Assembly: GCA_977018835.1 (NCBI GenBank)
Contig: OZ361257.1
Coordinates: 1,302,001-1,366,000, forward strand
Direction: 5' to 3'
Source: Minutocellus sp. GHC0000111
Lineage: Eukaryota
Length of the DNA: 64,000 bases
The position numbers were made by a program, and so were the translations under genes. The notes beneath the pieces were generated by a model that was given only the letters and a program-made list of their open reading frames with translations, had not been told where the DNA came from and made no database searches. The first letter of the stretch is position 1; each line of letters starts with the position of its first letter. Positions 57,013-64,000 of the stretch are shown piece by piece.

Positions 57013-59672
57013 ATGACCGATCCACCAGAGTTCAATCGCTTAGAGCTCATGGAGCGAGGGAGTGCTGGAGGTGACTTTGCCGGCTTTGCTGCTTTCGGCG
57101 ACGACGAGCAAAGTAGCGACGACAACTTTGGAGTACCAGGCCGGACAGGAACTTCCGACGTTGACCACTACATTGACGAAGAGGCACCGACTTCAAGAAG
57201 CTCCAACAATTCGTCCTTCAGTCCGTATGGGCAGATATCTCCCAACTTTCTATCGTTCGCCGTTCAGCAAAGTAGAGTCAATCGGCCAGATCCACTTCCA
57301 TATCGTAACCATCGAAATGTCAGCGGTTCCTCCCCAGTCGATCTAGACGAAACCGTCATTACCGCCGCTGCCCTCCCAACGCCTCAGATGGACAACCGCA
57401 GCAGCAATACTCGTGCTCATATAAATCTGTCGAGCAGCCGTACAGCCGTGAGTAGCCGTCACATCTTGCGCGAACGCGCGAAAGAGAAGAAGACAAAGCT
57501 CGCCAAGAGCGGTGGTGGTCAGCAGCCGAGAAAGAAGTACAACCCGAGCCTTCCTGAACCGAAGAAGGACGATGGAGATTCCTGCACCGCACGATGTTGG
57601 CCAGGATTTTCGTTTTTCTGCACCTGCTTGATCCCTTCATGCCTCATTTGTAAGGATGGCAAGGCGGCCAAGCAGGCCTGGCGAGAAAAGGTGACAATAT
57701 TCGAGATTATGCTCTTGTTCGATCTCATATTTTTGGTAATTTTTGGAGCAATTCCACTATACTTCTGTCGAGAGGTGACCCCACTTGACGACTATGCCTG
57801 GTACCAGACCATCATTGAGCCCACCTGCTTGACCCTGAATTATGTTATGTACGGCATTCTCTTCTTCACTGCCGGGATTCTACTATTGCAATGCCTTTGC
57901 TCGCTCATTCTTGCCGCCCAGTCGCTCCACATGAAAATGGGATACGCTAAATTCGTAAAATCGAGTGACTGTCGGCAGAAGAGACTTCAGCAAGACGCAG
58001 CCATTATGGTCATGGTTCCTTGCTACAACGAAGGAGAGACTGAGCTACGAAAGACAATCAAGAGCATTCTGGAGACTGACTATCCCCAGGAAAACAAAGT
58101 ACTGGTGGTTGTGGCGGATGGCATCATTACAGGCAAGGTGAGTTGAATTTTCTTCACAATTCAATTGTTCCGTCCGTATTTAAGGCGCATATTGGCGTTG
58201 TACCGGTATATCTGTTGTTGGTATGGCTGAAAACAAATTACACATGACATGGAAACGAGTCCCAGAACCTGACTCAATCGACTGAAAGTCCACCTACCGG
58301 TAGGCCTCCCAGCCGATTGCCTTTTTTATTCTTCTACAGGACTATACAAATCAATCTTCATCTGATGTCTCACTCCTTCTTTTTATACCCTATACTGTTT
58401 TTCTATATTTAGGGCGAGTGGGTGAACACACCGCTGCATTTGTCCAAAATCTTGGGCTTCAAAGTCAGCCGAAAGGACCCCGGTTATGCCTACAAGAGCA
58501 TTGGCGCAACTGGGGAAAATCGAGCAAGTGTTTATTCCGGTGTGTACACAGTGGGTCAGAAGTCTTTAAAGTATATGGTCATCATAAAGCGCGGAACACC
58601 CGAGGAGAAGGATTCGCCGAGACCAGGTAATCGCGGCAAACGCGATTCTCAACTAATCCTCATGGGAATGCTGAACCGATTACATATGGATCGCCGTCCT
58701 TGTGAACTGGATGAAGCAATGGTCAAGGCGCTCAATGATCTGGAAATACCCCCTACAGAGATAGAGTACTTGATGGCAATTGATGCAGACACACGCGTGA
58801 GCAAATTGTCCATATCCTACATGCACCGCTATCTGCAGGCAAACAATCGAATCCTTGCTTGTTGTGGAGAGACCAAGGTGGACAATAAGACGGCGTCGTG
58901 GGTAACAATGTCACAGATATACGAGTACTTTGCAAGCCACGCATTAAAAAAATCGTTTGAATCTATATTTGGATGCGTGACGTGCTTGCCGGGGTGCTTC
59001 ACAATGCTACGAATCTATTGTCCCGACGATATGAGGCCACTATTGTCATCCGACAACGTGTTCCAGGCGTACTCCAGGAACGACATTGAAAGTCTGCACG
59101 ACAAGAATCTCTTTCATCTTGGGGAAGATCGCATGTTGACGACACTTTTGCTCAAATACTTTCCAGAGTATAGATTGAACTTTGTTCCGGCAGCAGCATG
59201 CTGGACGATCGTTCCAGATACGTTCAAGGTCCTGATCTCTCAGAGACGAAGATGGATCAATTCGACATTTCACAACATGTGGGAGCTTCTCAAGGTTCGA
59301 ACGCTGTGCGGCTGCTGCTGTCTATCAATGAAGGCTGTGGTTGCAATTGACATGCTCTCCACAATGATTTTGCCCGCTGCCATGCTCTATGGGCTCTCCT
59401 TCATCTATATTGTGTTTGTTGCAGGAGAACCAATCTCTCAACTGACGCTAATATTGTTCGGGGTCATATTGGGCGCGCAAGTTCTCATCCTCTTGGTTCG
59501 AAGTCGCATCGATCATCTCTTTTGGTTCTTCATATACCTTGTGCTCGGTCTCCCCGTGTTCTTCTTCATCCTCCCTCTTTATTCCATGTGGAACATGGAC
59601 GACCTGAGCTGGGGAACTACCCGTCAGGTAGCCGATAAGAAGCCTGCATCACCTTCATCGTCTACCAAATAA
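57013..59672 (+). CDS. CHS: Chitin synthase (GT2), full-length copy; intron 58138-58412
   Basis: QAWREK, VPCYNEG, VADG, NRGKRDSQ, IDADT, CGET, VTCLPGCF, LGEDR, SQRRRWINST, WNMDDLSWGTTR. Confidence 0.95.
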
Positions 59673-59721
59673 GATTATAAACGACACTCTTTTTCGGTGT
59701 TTTTCCTGAATGCACGGGAAA

Positions 59722-60687
59722 TTAGCTCATAGTACGTCGATATCTCTGTACAAACCTTCTCAGAATAGCCTGTGCCTCTGGAGTCTCTTCGCCCTCAATC
59801 GCTTCAATGAGTTTGTCGGCATCTGCCTCTGGAAAGTATCCATGACCTTTGTAGACCATGATTCGTACTTTGAATCCATCCACATCTCCCTCAGGATGGA
59901 ATTGGGTGGCATAAACATTTTGCTTCACCCGAAACATGGACACAGGACATTGCTCATTGTAAGCGAGAAGAACTGCCCCTGGAGGACAATGCTCATTCGA
60001 CTCTTTATGACCCAATAAAACTCGGATTTTAGGTGGCATGTCTTTCAGCAATGGGTCGTTGCGTTCATCTTCTGTGAGGATGATATCAACTCCTCCCACG
60101 GACTCGGGAAATCGGGTGGATACTGTGCCTCCGAGGTATGATCCGAGCAATCCGCTTCCCGAACAGCAGCCCAGGAAGGGGAAATCTTGCTCTACTATTT
60201 GGAAATCGGCCTCGATTTTCTTTTGCAGGGGAGATTTAGCCTCCTCTCTTTCGCTAACATTGAATGGAGAACCACCAACGATGATGGCCGAGAAGTTGGA
60301 TAGGTCGATCGGTGGCAGGCCTCCACGCTCGGCTCGGATTCGAACAACTTCGTTCGGATGAATGCCTCCGTAACGCAGGAAGGCCTCATACTCTCCATCG
60401 GATGTCTCGTCCTTTGGTCGGAGCTGGATGATGAGGAATGGGAGCGTCTTTTGCATGTTGGGTTGGCGATCTCTTCTTTGCTTCGGGTATAAGGATATCG
60501 AGATAGGCGACGAAGGGAGAATGTTCATCTTCGGTTCGGGTTCTGCCGACATGGGCGAATCTTTTTCGGTTGCTGGCTTCGGCTTTGGATCTTTTTCTTC
60601 AGGACATTGGTAGTTGCATAATAAGTCAAAGCCGGGCCAAGAGCAGCAAAAGTTTTGTGGAGTTGGCGACCCGGTAAGATGCACCAT
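59722..60687 (-). CDS. Class I glutamine amidotransferase-like protein, bacterial type, copy 1
   Basis: PFLIIQLRPKDE, IIVGGSPFNVS, PFLGCCSG (Cys nucleophile), GHKE, YATQFHPE (His/Glu); intronless. Confidence 0.9.
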   Translation of the reverse strand: MVHLTGSPTPQNFCCSWPGFDLLCNYQCPEEKDPKPKPATEKDSPMSAEPEPKMNILPSSPISISLYPKQRRDRQPNMQKTLPFLIIQLRPKDETSDGEYEAFLRYGGIHPNEVVRIRAERGGLPPIDLSNFSAIIVGGSPFNVSEREEAKSPLQKKIEADFQIVEQDFPFLGCCSGSGLLGSYLGGTVSTRFPESVGGVDIILTEDERNDPLLKDMPPKIRVLLGHKESNEHCPPGAVLLAYNEQCPVSMFRVKQNVYATQFHPEGDVDGFKVRIMVYKGHGYFPEADADKLIEAIEGEETPEAQAILRRFVQRYRRTMS

Positions 60688-60776
60688 GAATGTATCCTCG
60701 GAGTAAAAGGTAAACTAAGATCGATACAGTAAGGCTCGTGTACGCACTTCAAAATTTATTTAGTTATTAAGCCATT

Positions 60777-62443
60777 ATGGTCATGGTTCCTTGCTACAAC
60801 GAAGGAGAGACTGAGCTACGAAAGACAATCAAGAGCATTCTGGAGACTGACTATCCCCAGGAAAACAAAGTACTGGTGGTTGTGGCGGATGGCATCATTA
60901 CAGGCAAGGTGAGTTGAATTTTCTTCACAATTCAATTGTTCCGTCCGTATTTAAGGCGCATATTGGCGTTGTACCGGTATATCTGTTGTTGGTATGGCTG
61001 AAAACAAATTACACATGACATGGAAACGAGTCCCAGAACCTGACTCAATCGACTGAAAGTCCACCTACCGGTAGGCCTCCCAGCCGATTGCCTTTTTTAT
61101 TCTTCTACAGGACTATACAAATCAATCTTCATCTGATGTCTCACTCCTTCTTTTTATACCCTATACTGTTTTTCTATATTTAGGGCGAGTGGGTGAACAC
61201 ACCGCTGCATTTGTCCAAAATCTTGGGCTTCAAAGTCAGCCGAAAGGACCCCGGTTATGCCTACAAGAGCATTGGCGCAACTGGGGAAAATCGAGCAAGT
61301 GTTTATTCCGGTGTGTACACAGTGGGTCAGAAGTCTTTAAAGTATATGGTCATCATAAAGCGCGGAACACCCGAGGAGAAGGATTCGCCGAGACCAGGTA
61401 ATCGCGGCAAACGCGATTCTCAACTAATCCTCATGGGAATGCTGAACCGATTACATATGGATCGCCGTCCTTGTGAACTGGATGAAGCAATGGTCAAGGC
61501 GCTCAATGATCTGGAAATACCCCCTACAGAGATAGAGTACTTGATGGCAATTGATGCAGACACACGCGTGAGCAAATTGTCCATATCCTACATGCACCGC
61601 TATCTGCAGGCAAACAATCGAATCCTTGCTTGTTGTGGAGAGACCAAGGTGGACAATAAGACGGCGTCGTGGGTAACAATGTCACAGATATACGAGTACT
61701 TTGCAAGCCACGCATTAAAAAAATCGTTTGAACCTATATTTGGATGCGTGACGTGCTTGCCGGGGTGCTTCACAATGCTACGAATCTATTGTCCCGACGA
61801 TATGAGGCCACTATTGTCATCCGACAACGTGTTCCAGGCGTACTCCAGGAACGACATTGAAAGTCTGCACGACAAGAATCTCTTTCATCTTGGGGAAGAT
61901 CGCATGTTGACGACACTTTTGCTCAAATACTTTCCAGAGTATAGATTGAACTTTGTTCCGGCAGCAGCATGCTGGACGATCGTTCCAGATACGTTCAAGG
62001 TCCTGATCTCTCAGAGACGAAGATGGATCAATTCGACATTTCACAACATGTGGGAGCTTCTCAAGGTTCGAACGCTGTGCGGCTGCTGCTGTCTATCAAT
62101 GAAGGCTGTGGTTGCAATTGACATGCTCTCCACAATGATTTTGCCCGCTGCCATGCTCTATGGGCTCTCCTTCATCTATATTGTGTTTGTTGCAGGAGAA
62201 CCAATCTCTCAACTGACGCTAATATTGTTCGGGGTCATATTGGGCGCGCAAGTTCTCATCCTCTTGGTTCGAAGTCGCATCGATCATCTCTTTTGGTTCT
62301 TCATATACCTTGTGCTCGGTCTCCCCGTGTTCTTCTTCATCCTCCCTCTTTATTCCATGTGGAACATGGACGACCTGAGCTGGGGAACTACCCGTCAGGT
62401 AGCCGATAAGAAGCCTGCATCACCTTCATCGTCTACCAAATAA
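60777..62443 (+). CDS. CHS: N-terminally truncated chitin synthase, copy 2; intron 60909-61183; S>P change
   Basis: Starts MVMVPCYNEG and retains DADT, GEDR, QRRRW and the C-terminal TMs; expression unknown. Confidence 0.65.
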
Positions 62444-62492
62444 GATTATAAACGACACTCTTTTTCGGTGTTTTTCCTGAATGCACGGGAAA

Positions 62493-63458
62493 TTAGCTCA
62501 TAGTACGTCGATATCTCTGTACAAACCTTCTCAGAATAGCCTGTGCCTCTGGAGTCTCTTCGCCCTCAATCGCTTCAATGAGTTTGTCGGCATCTGCCTC
62601 TGGAAAGTATCCATGACCTTTGTAGACCATGATTCGTACTTTGAATCCATCCACATCTCCCTCAGGATGGAATTGGGTGGCATAAACATTTTGCTTCACC
62701 CGAAACATGGACACAGGACATTGCTCATTGTAAGCGAGAAGAACTGCCCCTGGAGGACAATGCTCATTCGACTCTTTATGACCCAATAAAACTCGGATTT
62801 TAGGTGGCATGTCTTTCAGCAATGGGTCGTTGCGTTCATCTTCTGTGAGGATGATATCAACTCCTCCCACGGACTCGGGAAATCGGGTGGATACTGTGCC
62901 TCCGAGGTATGATCCGAGCAATCCGCTTCCCGAACAGCAGCCCAGGAAGGGGAAATCTTGCTCTACTATTTGGAAATCGGCCTCGATTTTCTTTTGCAGG
63001 GGAGATTTAGCCTCCTCTCTTTCGCTAACATTGAATGGAGAACCACCAACGATGATGGCCGAGAAGTTGGATAGGTCGATCGGTGGCAGGCCTCCACGCT
63101 CGGCTCGGATTCGAACAACTTCGTTCGGATGAATGCCTCCGTAACGCAGGAAGGCCTCATACTCTCCATCGGATGTCTCGTCCTTTGGTCGGAGCTGGAT
63201 GATGAGGAATGGGAGCGTCTTTTGCATGTTGGGTTGGCGATCTCTTCTTTGCTTCGGGTATAAGGATATCGAGATAGGCGACGAAGGGAGAATGTTCATC
63301 TTCGGTTCGGGTTCTGCCGACATGGGCGAATCTTTTTCGGTTGCTGGCTTCGGCTTTGGATCTTTTTCTTCAGGACATTGGTAGTTGCATAATAAGTCAA
63401 AGCCGGGCCAAGAGCAGCAAAAGTTTTGTGGAGTTGGCGACCCGGTAAGATGCACCAT
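62493..63458 (-). CDS. Class I glutamine amidotransferase-like protein, copy 2
   Basis: Translation identical to 59722-60687. Confidence 0.9.
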   Translation of the reverse strand: MVHLTGSPTPQNFCCSWPGFDLLCNYQCPEEKDPKPKPATEKDSPMSAEPEPKMNILPSSPISISLYPKQRRDRQPNMQKTLPFLIIQLRPKDETSDGEYEAFLRYGGIHPNEVVRIRAERGGLPPIDLSNFSAIIVGGSPFNVSEREEAKSPLQKKIEADFQIVEQDFPFLGCCSGSGLLGSYLGGTVSTRFPESVGGVDIILTEDERNDPLLKDMPPKIRVLLGHKESNEHCPPGAVLLAYNEQCPVSMFRVKQNVYATQFHPEGDVDGFKVRIMVYKGHGYFPEADADKLIEAIEGEETPEAQAILRRFVQRYRRTMS

Positions 63459-63547
63459 GAATGTATCCTCGGAGTAAAAGGTAAACTAAGATCGATACAG
63501 TAAGGCTCGTGTACGCACTTCAAAATTTATTTAGTTATTAAGCCATT

Positions 63548-64000
63548 ATGGTCATGGTTCCTTGCTACAACGAAGGAGAGACTGAGCTACGAAAGACAAT
63601 CAAGAGCATTCTGGAGACTGACTATCCCCAGGAAAACAAAGTACTGGTGGTTGTGGCGGATGGCATCATTACAGGCAAGGTGAGTTGAATTTTCTTCACA
63701 ATTCAATTGTTCCGTCCGTATTTAAGGCGCATATTGGCGTTGTACCGGTATATCTGTTGTTGGTATGGCTGAAAACAAATTACACATGACATGGAAACGA
63801 GTCCCAGAACCTGACTCAATCGACTGAAAGTCCACCTACCGGTAGGCCTCCCAGCCGATTGCCTTTTTTATTCTTCTACAGGACTATACAAATCAATCTT
63901 CATCTGATGTCTCACTCCTTCTTTTTATACCCTATACTGTTTTTCTATATTTAGGGCGAGTGGGTGAACACACCGCTGCATTTGTCCAAAATCTTGGGCT
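63548..64000 (+). CDS. CHS: Truncated chitin synthase, copy 3, partial (window edge); intron 63680-63954
   Basis: Matches the start of copy 2. Confidence 0.6.

Larger units (their letters stand above)
57999..64000. repeat. Tandem amplification, 2771-bp unit (57999-60769, 60770-63540, 63541->edge)
   Basis: AGCCATTATGGTCATGG recurs at 57999, 60770 and 63541; ORFs recur at +2771; only one difference noticed (T58962 vs C61733). Confidence 0.97.

Noticed and set aside
59722..60687. Calling the amidotransferase GFAT or GMP synthase
   Set aside because: Class I triad with no SIS or ATP-pyrophosphatase domain
1..64000. CRISPR arrays, rRNA or tRNA genes, prokaryotic operons
   Set aside because: No repeat-spacer array or recognisable structural RNA seen; spliceosomal introns show eukaryotic DNA

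Overview
Gene-dense eukaryotic nuclear DNA, most likely from a diatom. The evidence is short GT-AG introns, several bipartite signal+'AF' plastid-targeting leaders, two DUF6824-type genes and a chitin synthase; the species cannot be determined from the sequence. About 35 coding loci are present. They include ARL2, an SLC38-type transporter, Nudix, TatD, an FG-GAP membrane protein, QSOX-type sulfhydryl oxidase, histidine phosphatase, sulfotransferase, a Mis12 candidate, lipase, HMG-box protein, 6PGD, a cyclin-Y-like protein, UTP13, capping protein beta, AMMECR1, NBP35, a GH26 glycosidase, a TPM-RING protein and RPB5. Main unusual features: (1) a near-identical 2771-bp tandem amplification (>=2.2 units, runs off the window) carrying the chitin synthase catalytic core plus a bacterial-type class I glutamine amidotransferase; (2) a 23-bp tandem duplication in UTP13 that forms an exact, frame-restoring GTGAGT...TACAG micro-intron; (3) intergenic arrays of TA-bounded palindromes resembling stacked transposon excision footprints; (4) a 178-bp TA-flanked MITE, an internally deleted LINE relic and an inverted copy of its 3' end. 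Seven single-base frameshifts and one in-frame stop in otherwise intact genes most likely reflect assembly error. All family calls come from motif recognition, without database searches.
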